A stretch of DNA of 47,610 nt. Source: Stramenopiles sp. TOSAG23-6 (Eukaryota). How positions within the stretch are numbered: position 1 is the first letter of the stretch; every line of letters starts with the position of its first letter. The stretch spans positions 1-47,610 of the forward strand of contig LT635926.1 of the NCBI GenBank assembly GCA_900128565.1, read 5' to 3'. Under the pieces are notes generated by a model that had not been told where the DNA came from, searched no databases, and saw only the letters and a program-made list of their open reading frames with translations. The position numbers were made by a program, and so were the translations under genes. Positions 12,201 through 23,600 of the stretch are shown here, piece after piece.

Positions 12201-12435
12201 GACGAAGAAGTGAACTAACAACAGTTAAGCATACAGAATTTAAATCTTCGCGGTCGTCAACAAAGCCCATACCCTTCTGACCAAGTCCTTTCGTATATTT
12301 ACCAGTGGACACATTGTTAAATTTTTCCAGGTCCGACTGATTAACTACACGTGTTGGGAAATAAACATCCATAGCCAAGATACCTACATTAGAAGGTCGC
12401 AATGGTATTGTATTTGAATCTGAATCCTTTGCCAT
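9235..12435 (-). CDS. HMGS: HMG-CoA synthase fused to a C-terminal beta-ketoacyl synthase (KS) domain
   Basis: GKYTKGLGQ, IGRIEVGTESLVDKSKS, EGVTSVNACYGG, ARPTGGVGAVA, YDFYKP, FHAPY, GNCYTAS, FSYGSG; then KS motifs GPN.Q..AACAGTTQA, PYD.RRNG.LLG.GA, GHETGT, KGQTGHAMG, GFG. First ATG is at 12435. Confidence 0.9.
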   Translation of the reverse strand: MAKDSDSNTIPLRPSNVGILAMDVYFPTRVVNQSDLEKFNNVSTGKYTKGLGQKGMGFVDDREDLNSVCLTVVSSLLRRYDVLPSDIGRIEVGTESLVDKSKSPKTVLMQLFGNNTDVEGVTSVNACYGGAAALFNSVAWVQSEEWDGRLALVVAADIAVYADGPARPTGGVGAVAFLVGPDAPLAMEARTRTSYAADTYDFYKPNMSSEYPIVDGKLSQTCYLRALDYCYVGFSRKSQTSRSLTGLPVNDVDGELSTIDYSVFHAPYNKLVVKSFSRLYLHDYHKKTDNSNNEYDKELLPWKNVTLSETYTDRPLDLILRKLSFPTFTEKVQPSTLLPCSIGNCYTASVFAGILSLISTKGKLLHGKRISVFSYGSGAIATMFALRGRKTKSNRYSLELIKNKVGLIQRLNDRKIVHPEEFKNALKMREMTKSALLSTVTKGEIWHPQGSVDNIVPGGYYLVSIDSKQRRSYSSKCIETASTVNVACSIANTARHSPHEENEIQEFSKHKKSSSSQSSQSFKSIPSIDLPSSAERNNNKNKTFVEGRKSKHIPLAVLGTSIGLPCPKGRRVFDSQNKNRMFSGECLVTVLPTENLKNQLDRKITKLVRQKNATHLISLNREDQCMRLAGRCEGTLDLVTDYGMSPSLVSTMDSACKLAVAAGLEALLDAGLVCRQRAPSPMIVGRTHANSPGAGGAHDWKLPIELRDRTGVVCAASFAFLESVVKEETSYRQSLRESANDENNDEFDIPRFDRKYLFSILNGGAVQLAQACAARGPNTQIMAACAGTTQALSIAQDWITNDRCDRVIVVAGDDACNDTLLPHVASGFLAVGAACTSGKPENGLLPYDVRRNGMLLGSGAVGIVLERTHSLRNIQIEEKQSQCLLLATQISNSAFHGARLSADHVASELDRFLLCIEKNHGITKKNLVDDAVYIGHETGTDGLGNPLISCGGVEAAALRKAFGPKLFPLLRVCATKGQTGHAMGVAFEDVIATCILNNRDCLGSNKKRNIPPVVNHSTLDPSLGPLHVMTVDSIENDAKRGRSHPKYAIRFAAGFGSQLAFALFGQ

Positions 12436-12817
12436 GCTTATTATGGCTGAAAGCCTAAAAAATAATAGAATTTGATCAGCCTGATCCAACACACAAAAGC
12501 AAAAGAAGACGTCGTGATTGTGCAGTCAATCACAAACAAAATCATAACACCACACCACAAACAAAAACCAAGAAAAAACAGCTTCGTTCCAAAAAAAAAA
12601 ACTTTTTCACTTCAAACCGCAAAGTTGTTGTTGGCCACTGCTTGGCCACTTCGACTTGTTGATGTTGACACACTTTTTTCGAGCGACAAACTTTAATGTT
12701 GATAACCAGCTCTAGTCTTTAGAAAATTACCCATGAAAGCATTACATCTGGACATTAACTGAATCAAAGTTGTAATTGTATTTTGCTTTATTAAACCTTG
12801 TTCTCATTGATTTAAAA

Positions 12818-14509
12818 ATGAAAACTGGTTCTGTGATGACAAGTGTATTCACTTACAAGTACTATGTTGCTTTCCTCATTATTCGACTACTTTTCGTGTT
12901 ATCGCCAGGGTACGTTCACCCAGATGAATTTTTCCAGTCTCCAGAAGTTGCGGCACGGGACATACTTAGTATACATGGACATCTCACTTGGGAATTTGAG
13001 TCGATGCGTCCTTTGCGGAGTGTTATTCCAATATTACTATCAAGTGGAGTTCCATTTACTTTTCTACAGCTAGTTTTTGGTAAACATTTTGAAGGGAATA
13101 CTTTCATTCTACTTATTCTTCCTCGGATTTGGCTTTTTATCCTTTCATGTTCTTTCGACAGCATAATCTGGTTGTTTTGTAAAAAATATGGTATATCGCC
13201 GAATAGTAAACTTTTACTCCTTGCTTCATCTTGGGTTACTCTTGTATTTTACAATCGGCCTTTTTCAAATACAGTGGAAAGTCATGTATTTACGGTATCG
13301 CTTTCTATTTTATTATTCATTTCTTCAAAGTCTTCTATATTCTGTGGTCTGTGCTCATTGAGGAATGTTTTAATGGGTGCTTCTCTCAGTTTTGGAACCT
13401 GGGTCAGATTTACATTTCCAGTATTTTTTGCTCCTTTGGGTTTATACTTGTTATGGGACATTGATCAAATATCTGTCCAAAGGCATAAAATGGCTACGAA
13501 GAAGAAAGATTCCATGAAAAAGAAAACATTGTTATCTCGTATTTTTGTTATATTTCATGCTCTCATTGAAGTAGGTGTCGGTTTTATTTTTGTTAGTCTT
13601 ATTTGTATATATGCGGATACACAATATTTCAAAATCTATCATAGTGATCGAAAACGTGGGTGGATTATAACACCATTAAATGCATTCTTGTATAATATTC
13701 GTCCAAGTAATTTAGCAGATCATGGAATTCATCCTAGGTATAATCATTCCGTGATTAATATGACAGTATTATTTGGGCCTCTTTGGTTTTTATATCTTTA
13801 TGATGTAGTATATAGTGGATTGCGTAAAAAAAATAGTAAAGAAAAAGTAAAGCAAGAAAAATATACGAATGTTATTGAAAAAATTCCTGAAAAAGTACGC
13901 TATTTATTACATGCATGTATATTTTGTGGATTATTATTACTCTCTATTGCACCTCATCAAGAAGCTCGATTTCTTTTGCCGATATTAATACCGTTACTAC
14001 TAGTATCTAATTCCACTAAGAAAAGAAAGTTTTGGTTATTTTGGTTTGCTTTTAATTTAACGCTTGCTATATTTTATGGATGTATACATCAAGCTGGTGT
14101 TGTGACCTCATTGATTGATTTAGGAGGGAACATATCTCTACATAGTAGTTCTAGTCACAAAATTATTTATGCTCATACATATATGCCACCACGCCATTTC
14201 CTTGGGATAAACAAGGATATATCTACTATACATTTCTATGATTTAGCAGGTGCGCCCTGTACAGGAATAAATGGTATATTTCACAGTGTTGAACAAATGT
14301 GGATTGCCAATAATATTGTAAAATCTAATGGTAGTGATTCAACTATTTGGTTAGTTGGACCAAAATATGTTGCTGAATGTTTTGATCAATCAAACTTTAG
14401 TTTGGAGAAAATGAACACATTTGGTCCTCATTTTTCTGGCGAGGATGTATATAACAGTGTACAAGAAATATGGAATGGTATTGGGTTGTACCGTGTTGAT
14501 AAAGATTAA
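12818..14509 (+). CDS. PIGZ: GPI mannosyltransferase 4 (PIG-Z/Smp3, GT22)
   Basis: GYVHPDEFFQSPEV, RPFSN..E, NLADHGIHPRY.H, PHQEARFLLP, HQAGVV, HTYMPP; multiple TM segments; first ATG at 12818. Confidence 0.9.
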   Translation: MKTGSVMTSVFTYKYYVAFLIIRLLFVLSPGYVHPDEFFQSPEVAARDILSIHGHLTWEFESMRPLRSVIPILLSSGVPFTFLQLVFGKHFEGNTFILLILPRIWLFILSCSFDSIIWLFCKKYGISPNSKLLLLASSWVTLVFYNRPFSNTVESHVFTVSLSILLFISSKSSIFCGLCSLRNVLMGASLSFGTWVRFTFPVFFAPLGLYLLWDIDQISVQRHKMATKKKDSMKKKTLLSRIFVIFHALIEVGVGFIFVSLICIYADTQYFKIYHSDRKRGWIITPLNAFLYNIRPSNLADHGIHPRYNHSVINMTVLFGPLWFLYLYDVVYSGLRKKNSKEKVKQEKYTNVIEKIPEKVRYLLHACIFCGLLLLSIAPHQEARFLLPILIPLLLVSNSTKKRKFWLFWFAFNLTLAIFYGCIHQAGVVTSLIDLGGNISLHSSSSHKIIYAHTYMPPRHFLGINKDISTIHFYDLAGAPCTGINGIFHSVEQMWIANNIVKSNGSDSTIWLVGPKYVAECFDQSNFSLEKMNTFGPHFSGEDVYNSVQEIWNGIGLYRVDKD

Positions 14510-14618
14510 TTTTTTTTTTAATTTCAAATGTATTTTCAAAATAATTATATAAACTTTACTCTAAAAGTATTACTTATATATTTTTTTATTATAATATGAT
14601 GGATCTCTTCGTATTGCC

Positions 14619-14747
14619 TTTTAAAATATATTATACAACTTATACAAGTAAGCGATTATAAATTTTAAAATATATTATACAACTTATACAAGTAAGCGAT
14701 TATAAATTTCATTATACAACTTATACAAGTAAGCGATTATAAATTTC
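14619..14747. repeat. Intergenic tandem repeat: 3 copies of ATTATACAACTTATACAAGTAAGCGATTATAAATTT
   Basis: Three identical ~36-nt units separated by 8 nt and 1 nt, between convergent genes. Confidence 0.9.
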
Positions 14748-14797
14748 GCGTCAAAATACATCTTCTATTTCGTAATGATACTTCGTTTGACAGAAGA

Positions 14798-15958
14798 TTA
14801 AGATAATGCTGCACATATTGCTTTGGAAAAAGTAGCAGTTGGTATAAATGTTCCATTCTCCCAAAGCTTTGCTTGGTAACTTTCAGTGAAATTTTTGATA
14901 GTTTCACAATCATCTTTTGGATTACCCTTTTCTTCAAAATTGTACAACTTTTTTTGCATTGCGCTCATTTTGCTACCATAGTTATCAAAAATTTCTTCGT
15001 TTTCCTCAATTTGTTTTGAGCTTTCAAAATTGTATTGAGTAAAACGACCATTGACTCTGGTAGGTTTCAAATAACCCCCATTTCCAGAATGATGATTAAA
15101 CATATCCATTATTGGCACAAGGATATGCATATCAGTATAATCAGGATCCCCCCATACGCGACTCTTCACACGTGATACTGCCTCCAGCCATTGTACTTCA
15201 TCAAGTTGAAGAATTTCAGATACTTTTTTGAATCGATTTTTTTGATCAATAATCACTTGTGCATAGTTCGGTGCAAATACATTTCTTGTGGTTTCGTCAC
15301 TCCAACAAACTGACATTTGACAACCAGCTGGCATAGCATTCATGTATGGAAAGAAATAATCATTCGAATCTTGAGCAAACAGCAAAAGATATAAAGATAG
15401 AAGAATAAAACTTGGTTCATTGGATCGTAAACCAGGAATCAAACTTTCATCAATACCTAATTTCTTCAGGATAACACCGTGTGTAATTGCTTCTCGTGGA
15501 TCCAATGAAGGGGGGATTTCCTTCCCAAACGCTTTTGTTACTTTTGGTAAAGCATTTGTCACACGGATCGTCAGGTGAGGTGGTACCATAACCATCGTAT
15601 CCATATTATCGATAGGTCCTCCACGGGCGAACATACCATGGATATTTGTGCCTGGTACGAGACCCACGACCAAGTTTTTATGGATAATCCCTCCCTCCGC
15701 TTTGAACCAGTTTGTGAGTTTTTCGTAGCGTTCTTCAGAAGCAGATTGTACACGCATATTCTTCTTGACGATTGATGATGGTGACCAGATGGGTGGATGA
15801 TGATATGATCCATCGGGAATGAGCGAAGCTAGGTGAGGTAATTGCTGGTGTGCGTTCGCACGGAGAAGACTCGGGTTTTCTATGGCTTTTGTCGTGATGA
15901 AAAAATATGACAATTGCAATACAACAAGGGCCTTACAGGAATTCATTGTTGTCTGCAT
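14798..15958 (-). CDS. SET-domain lysine methyltransferase (Rubisco LSMT/SETD3-like) with N-terminal hydrophobic leader
   Basis: W...EGG, G..GMFA, PYM.AMP, V.SR.W, LVPIMDMFNH, EEIFDNYG. Confidence 0.8.
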   Translation of the reverse strand: MQTTMNSCKALVVLQLSYFFITTKAIENPSLLRANAHQQLPHLASLIPDGSYHHPPIWSPSSIVKKNMRVQSASEERYEKLTNWFKAEGGIIHKNLVVGLVPGTNIHGMFARGGPIDNMDTMVMVPPHLTIRVTNALPKVTKAFGKEIPPSLDPREAITHGVILKKLGIDESLIPGLRSNEPSFILLSLYLLLFAQDSNDYFFPYMNAMPAGCQMSVCWSDETTRNVFAPNYAQVIIDQKNRFKKVSEILQLDEVQWLEAVSRVKSRVWGDPDYTDMHILVPIMDMFNHHSGNGGYLKPTRVNGRFTQYNFESSKQIEENEEIFDNYGSKMSAMQKKLYNFEEKGNPKDDCETIKNFTESYQAKLWENGTFIPTATFSKAICAALS

Positions 15959-16201
15959 TTAAAATGAAGAATTAGTTCCTACTGTTGGAGTGTGTGTATG
16001 TAGCTGTGTGCTTCTACTTGCGTAAAAACGTTTTTTGAAAATTTGGGATACTTTTACAGTGTACAACAACTGGAACGCCTGAACGACGATTTATTTTATG
16101 AATTTGAAATTTTACGTTAAAAATATATATTTTTTCTTCTCACATCAAAACAGTTTTGTGCAAAAAAAAATATTTTTTATAAATTCCAACCCTGTCAATT
16201 A

Positions 16202-17211
16202 TTAATTTCGTTGAAATGGCATCCTTTCAGTAGCTGTATCAAAGTTTGAATAATTTCTATTGTCACTTCCAATCGCCATTGCAATAGATATTGCAGCTTC
16301 TGCTGTAGCTGAGACTGATGCAAGTGTAGGAGTTGTTTCTCTACTATTTTCACTGGTGAGATAAATATCTATTGAATTTGGAATTTCTTCATGTAGTAAA
16401 CTATCAATATGATTCGCGTTCTTTGGGCTTCCCCCAGGTGCTGCAGCAAATGCATTCTGGTCATTACTTCCTCCTGTACTGTGGTTTACTAACTCCTTAT
16501 TCACATCATTGACGTAAGGGATGTATTGTGAAAAAATATTTTAAATTCAAAATTCGTTAGGTACAAAATTTCCTATGAAAAAAATTTTTTTTAAATTCAT
16601 GATAAAACGTACGCAATCGAACTAATGCGAGCTTGCATACTATTTATTTGTTGGTGCATGAGAGAGATGCGCTCTTCAAGAAAAGCAAAATTAGATTTTT
16701 CAAAATTTTCTCTATCATCATCAGATGTCTCATTGTATATTATAGTATCACTCACAGAGCCATAATCACTATTATAGTTGGAAACAATGGAGTCAGAATC
16801 ACTATAACTATCAAATTTTGTACCATTATTATCGACTTTCTTATTCGTTGACTCAAAATTCTCTCTCACTACATTTTGCTCAATATATTCATCTTCACTG
16901 TTCTGTTGTGTATCGATATGCTCCATGTAAGATATAAAATCAACATAGGAACAAATACCATTTCCCAAAAGGTCAAATATCTTCGGCACAACTTCTAGTT
17001 CATGAGCTGTTATACGAACAATTCTACACAAAACTTTTCGAAACTCGATGTCTGATACGATTCCAGTTTCTTTGCTGTCAAATTTTTTGAATTCTTCATG
17101 CATATTTTTTTGGTGTGCCAGGCCGACATACGAATAAAATCTAAGTTTTTTCCTTAACTTTGCAAGAACTGTCGCGACTTTGGTGAAATGATTCAATTCT
17201 TCAGTTGACAT
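16202..17211 (-). CDS. EF-hand protein; exons 17211-16613, 16520-16202
   Basis: EF-hand loops FDSKETGIVSDIEF and FDLLGNGICSYVDF; removing the family intron joins the two ORFs in phase 2. Confidence 0.7.
16521..16612 (-). other. Non-canonical family intron (GT...AT), 92 nt, phase 2; upstream exon ends GC
   Basis: ATTGC|GTACGTTTT...GAAATTTTGTACCTAACG...ATATTTTTTCACAATACAT|CCCT; no in-frame AG within ~30 nt downstream. Confidence 0.8.
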
Positions 17212-17651
17212 TAACTTATACTAAGTTTAGAATTATAAAGCAAGGAATACGAAAAAAGAAATATGTATCATATCTGGCAATAAAGACTGGTGTGTAAAGT
17301 TGTTCAGTTGTAAAGAGAATTGTATGTGATGCATATGAGGAGCTAATTATTTAGGCTTTGCGGTTCGTATACATAGCCGAGTAGAGGTACGGTACCCCTA
17401 TATTATATATATTGAGTAGAGGTATATGACAGTTTCGTCTCATAAAAGAAACTGTCAACTACTTTCCTCCTAAACGGGTAGTAACATTGACACACTTGCT
17501 TTATTTAGTACAAAGTTACCATTCACTACTATTAGCTGAACTACTTAGTCATTTTGATTTCAGACGAAGCTGTACTACTTCACTATGAATATTTTTACTT
17601 ATATTTATGGAATAGAATGGCAAATATCTAGTCCATAAATATCAGGTGGTA

Positions 17652-20600
17652 ATGGGTGAGCTTGTTCCAATTGAGTGGCGACTTCCAGCGGTATTTGAAG
17701 AAGAAAAGAAGCAGACTACTGTGGTCACCCGACCACCAATATTAGAGCGCAGTGTGCCTTCGCAATTGAAAAAGGCAAGGAAGCAAAGAACTAGTGGTCA
17801 CAGTAAAAATCGGAAACGAAAGAGGAATAGAAAATCACAAAAAGAAAATCCTAATGGAGATACCAAACTTCTCAAATATGCTGCTGATGGTAACACTAGA
17901 AAAGTAAAGAAACTCTTGTCAAAAGGTGTTCACGTTGACGAAGCAAATAAACATGGTCATACTGCATTATTTAAATCTGCGTTGAATGGTCATGTAGATA
18001 CTGTACAGTTATTGCTTGCTGCTGGTGCTGACGTTTTTTTTAAAGATAGTCGACAAATGACAGCTTTAGATTGGACGCGTTTGTCCCACCAAAATGAGAC
18101 TGAATCTTTGATTGAGAAAAGAATAGTTACTTTACTACAAGCTAAGCGAGAAGATGAACATTTGTCTAGACATAAAGACCGTTGTATAGGAGTAATTCAG
18201 AAGAATAGACACCTTAGAAAAGATATCAAGTATGCACTGAAGCAAGGTAGAGTTGACTTAGTCATAGAAATGGGAGAACAATCATCAGTAAACTTCACAA
18301 GAAATATTTTTGATGAAGCATGTGAAGTACTTCATATTAACAATGAAGAGGAACAATTTTTTTTAGATATAGAAACTCAAATGGGTTGGACTGCACTTAC
18401 TAAAGTATCCGCTATGGGATCACTTGAAGCTGTACAACTATTGCTCAAGTTTGGCGTAGCTGTCGACTATGAAACAAGAGTTGGACACACAGCATTATCT
18501 TGGGCTGCAAGATGTGGTAATCGAGAAGTTGCTGCTGCACTTATTATGGCTGGTGCAAAAGTTGATCGTAGGTCCAAAAGGGAATCCCGAACTCCATTGC
18601 AACATGCTGCAGCTAATGGTCATCCTGGAGTTACATCCATGCTATTAGACAAAATCTATGAAAAGAGTTATACCAAATCTGTTGAGTGGAAAGAGGAATT
18701 AAAAGTAATTAATGAAGAATTGAAACCTAGATTAGCCGCGATGCTTTCTCCTGAAGAACTATCTTTAAAAAAGAATCGTTGGCGTTTCCTCAAAGATTCT
18801 AGCTGGGCGGTATACGTCCAAGGTGAACTAGATCATAGAGATAAGCATGGTATGCAAGCAATGGAAGAAGCAAAAAAAGGGAGATTTAGTAATGTAATAA
18901 CTTTATTAGATTCTGCATACAACCGTATCCAAGATAAAAATAGTGAATTACAACGGGAGGCAAATGATTCAAAACCACGTAAATGTGTCAATGGTTGTGG
19001 ATTTTCAGATCGATCAGATTGTATTACGCACCATGAACAACATCAATGTTCTATGCGTTATGTAGACTGCGAAAATAATTGTGGGAAGCAAGTTAGACTA
19101 AATGATATGGAAAATCATAAGTTGCGTGATTGTACGAAGAGAATTGTGGCATGCTTAAATGCATACTCTGGTTGTTTTTGGCGTGGTCCTTTATCTGGAC
19201 AAAAAGAACATGCAACACTTCATTGTAGAAAGAGAAAAGTTAAGTGCCGAATAGGATGCGGGAAATCTTTGTTATTTGATCAGTTAGTGTATCATGAACA
19301 AGAGAGATGTGGTTATCGATTAGTAGAGTGTAGACAAGGTTGTGGTTACTGGGAACAAGGACGATTGTTACGAAATCACATGAAACATGCATGTCCACAT
19401 CGTCTGGTAAAATGTCCAATTGCACAATGTGATGTAAAAGTCAAATTTATTGATTTAGAAGATCACGTTGATCGCGAATGTTCACTCTTATGTAAATGGG
19501 ATAACTGTGGCATTCGTGTTGGTCCTAAAGCACGACGTGATGTTCATGAATTGTTTGAATGTCCCCATAGAATGATTTATTGCATGCATGGATGCTCTAC
19601 GGAACTTCCTGCATGTGAATTCCCCCAACATGAAGCATTCTGTACTCACCGAATGGAATTATGTACGACAGGATGTGGTGCATATATTCGTGCGGGTATG
19701 CAGTTTACTCATGCAGATCCTTATAGTGGAGATTGTCCCGCGCGATTGGTTAGATGCCCGTTAGACATAGCTAATAGAACGCCCATAAGAGTACGACGAG
19801 CGGATGGTGGGTGGGACTCCGCTACGGTGTTAGGCTATAGACAAATTGACGATCGTTATTATCTACAGTATAAGCCTGACCGTAGTATAAGTTTATTGGA
19901 GGATGCATCCAACTTTGCCGAACAAAAAGAGCACGACTTTGCTTGGGTAAATTTAAAGTTGACCCAGTGGATGCCAATACCAGAACTACCAGAAACACAT
20001 TGGAAATGTAAACAAATGACATGTGCAGATATTCCATTTCATCTTTCAGATAAAGGCTTGTGTCACCATGCACCTATTGAATGTGATTGTGGGCAAATTG
20101 TACCAGCTTCATGCATTGAAACACATCAAAATAATCGATGTCCATTAAGATGGGTCAAATGCAGACATGGGTGTGGTGAAACTGTACAAGCATTATACTT
20201 ATGGGACCACGAAAATAAAGATTGTAGTTATCGCAAAGTGATCTGTAAATGTGGTGAATTTGTATCTATAGAACCGAATCAACATGCTTTCCATATGCGT
20301 ACTTGCAAAGCTGGCTTATTTCAATGTGATTTAGGCTGTGGTTCTAAAGTAGCATTAAGAGATATGAAAAATCACACAGAAAATAAATGTCCCAAACGAA
20401 CAGTAATGTGTTCTCTTGGATGTGGTGCTTCAATGTGGGCAGAAGAGCTAAAACATCACGTTGATAAGCTATGTATGGAGAGACAAACATTTTGTGATTT
20501 ATGTGCAAAACCTGTCCGTGCGGGTTCTCTGAAAGAGCATAAGTTACATTCATGTTTAGAGCGATTAGAACCATGCCAATTAGGATGTGGTGCTGCATGT

Positions 20601-23600
20601 GCAATTAGTAAAATATCGTTTCATCAAGCATATGACTGTCCATACACTCCACTAGACTGCCTTCGAGGGTGTGGAGAAAAGGTGAGAAAGTGTGATCGTG
20701 CATGGCATGAAAAGAATGTGTGTATGCGTCGCCAAGTATTTTGTCCCAATGATTGTAATGCAAGGATAAATGCAGATAGAATAGATGAACACTTGGCAGT
20801 TTGTCCTCGTGAAATTGTAGTATGCTTGTATGGTTGTGGCATGCGACTACGGCGAGCTAACCAAAGTGAACATCTTGCGCAGTGTAATTTACGAAGTCTT
20901 CCATGTGGAGCAGATCAAGCAGGGTGTCAACGGCAATTGCGATCATGGTTGCATGACACAAAGACTCTTTGTAAATTAGCTGACCGTAATGTAAAAACAC
21001 AACAGAATATTTTATATGAAGCGGAACGCGATAACAATGCGGCCATTTTATCAGAAAATGTTGTGCGTATTCAAGAAACTTCATTGCAACTGAGTAAACA
21101 TATCAAAAAGTTAGAGATATTGGAAAAGAAACAAAAACAAATTAAAAATTTCCCTCTTAATTGTAGCCATCAAGTATTGTGTGAAAGACACAATGAGACC
21201 GCATTAAGTTATGCTGCTAGTAGTGGCGATGAAGTTCTTTTATCGTATCTAATAAGTAAAATTCCACCAGAGGAAATCGATCATGAAAGTTTGTTAGGAT
21301 TCACTGCTTTAATCCGAGCATGCAAAACTAATACTACAAAGCATCTAAATTGTGTACGTTTACTCATAGAAAATGGTGCTGATACTAATAAAGAAACATC
21401 AACAGGTTTAACACCTTTACTAGAAGCATGTCGATACAATAATGGAAAAGTTATCACTCTTCTTATTGAAAAGCGTGTAGATATCCGAAGACGTAATAAG
21501 CATGGCATTGAAGCTGTGGAATGGGCAAGGAGATGGGGTCATGTTGAGTTGAGTCAAAAGCTAAAATTCAATCATGCATGGATGTCGGAACAAAAGAAGT
21601 TATTCCACTTAATCACAATGAATGATGTAGATAGTATTAAACCGATAGTTCAAGATGGTGAAGCATATAAATTGAATGCCCGTCGCATATATAGAGATTT
21701 ACTAAAGGTGTACCATGAAGAACTTCGCGAAAAAAATGCTGAATTAGCACCAAAAGAGAAGAAGTATCAGCTTGTTAGCAAAAAGGTAGAACAAAGTAGA
21801 AAGGTAGTAGAGGATGGAACTCGATTAGCTGAACATTTGAAACAAAAGTCTATAGAGCTATTGGATACAGTAAAACGACGAGAAGCCGAATTATTAGTGA
21901 CACGTGGTATTAGTGAATCTAGTTTTCTTCGAATTGTTCCTCGTCATATAGAAGAGCTTGCCAGCGTGTATGCACCTCCTCCACAAGTGTATCATATCCT
22001 AAAGTGTCTATTAGTACTTATAGGAACTCCCCCTAAAAGAATAAGGGATCCAAAGGGCACCGGGAAAATGGTTGATGACTGGTGGGGTGCAGCGCGGATT
22101 TTATTGAAGGAATGTGACGTGCCAATAATGCTGCGATCATTTAATTTATCTAATGTTTCATTTCGAAGAATGCAAACTTTGCGACGCGATTTTATTTATG
22201 ATAAAGATACATATAGGGAATGGGTGCCAAGTATGGGTTTACCCAAAGACAAATTTGAAGGTAAAATTAGATCTGACTTTCTTTATATTTCTGGCGAAGA
22301 TGGTTATCCTCTTGTAGAAGCATTGAGCAAATGGTTTGTGTATTTAGATGCATACTGGATTGATCAGATTGAAGTCAATCCTATTAAAACAAAAGCGGTT
22401 GAGTTACGTCAACAACACAAAAAACGTATTGGTGAATTGTGGAAAGAACGCGAAGAAATGACTCGGACACAGACAAAATTTGATATCATTATTGAGCAAT
22501 ACGAATTGCTGAAAGCGAGAAGTATTGAATTAGGAAATCTGATAAATTTGACAGAGCGACGATTACGAGTTGCAGAGATATTACAGTATCAATCAGATAC
22601 TGGACATGTCCCTCTTACGTGGGCATGTGCATGTGGTGTTCCAAAAGTTGTTGCATTGTTATTAAAACATGGTGCAATGGTTGACTATTCAACAGATGAA
22701 CTTCATAATGAATCAGCAAAGTTAATCCAACTTTTTTATCGCAATTATCATTGGAAATTAACTCGTCCAGCATGGAGCATTGAGCGGGCGTTTGAATATC
22801 GGACACGAGGAATAATACACATGTTTCAGTCAAAACTCATGCTTCGTCGTATTAGAGAGCGAAGACAAACAACTCGTATTCCTCTAGCCGAAGCTGCTTG
22901 GAATGGGCATTTGGATGTTGTAGAGACGCTAAATAGACGTAAAGTAAATACGATAACAAGAATATCTTGCTATATGTCAGCACCACCTCCGTTTACTTTA
23001 CCAGAAGATGTTATAGTAAAAAAAAGCACACCTTTATGGTTATATCCTCTAGAAAGAGGCGGAAGTGATAAACCACTTGGTATTGTTGATTTATCACGAC
23101 TTGCAATGAGTGAAATGGGGTCTGCTGAATACGATACAGTCAAAGGTTGGGTTCCGTCTGGTCATTTCCCATGTTATGAACGCATTGTTAAACTATATTA
23201 TAATGCCGATCGCGCAAGAAAGGCATCCCGGAATGACATATTGGCCAAGAAAAGAGTTGCCAAGCAAGGCGCTACTCGTGCTGCAAATTTAAAGTTAATG
23301 GAATTGGCCGTAATGAATTCAAATTTTAAAGAAATCTACAGGCTTGCCGATTTGGGAACTCCAATAGACCATCCTCACCCAGAGACTGGGTTTACTGGAC
23401 TGATGATGGCTGCAATGACAGAGACTTGGGTAATTAACAGTGAAGGACATCATGTACTTGCAGTAGAACTATTACTTGATAGGCACAAACGATCACCTCA
23501 AATTGATCGCGAAGCAGCCAATGGACACACTCCATTAACTTGGGCAGCAAATGCAGGGAAAAGTATGTCGGTGGATGCATTACTAAGGCGAGGCGCATTG

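Noticed and set aside
14619-14747. CRISPR-like array of 36-nt repeats
   Set aside because: Spacers are only 1-8 nt, the context is eukaryotic and no cas genes are present; simple tandem duplication
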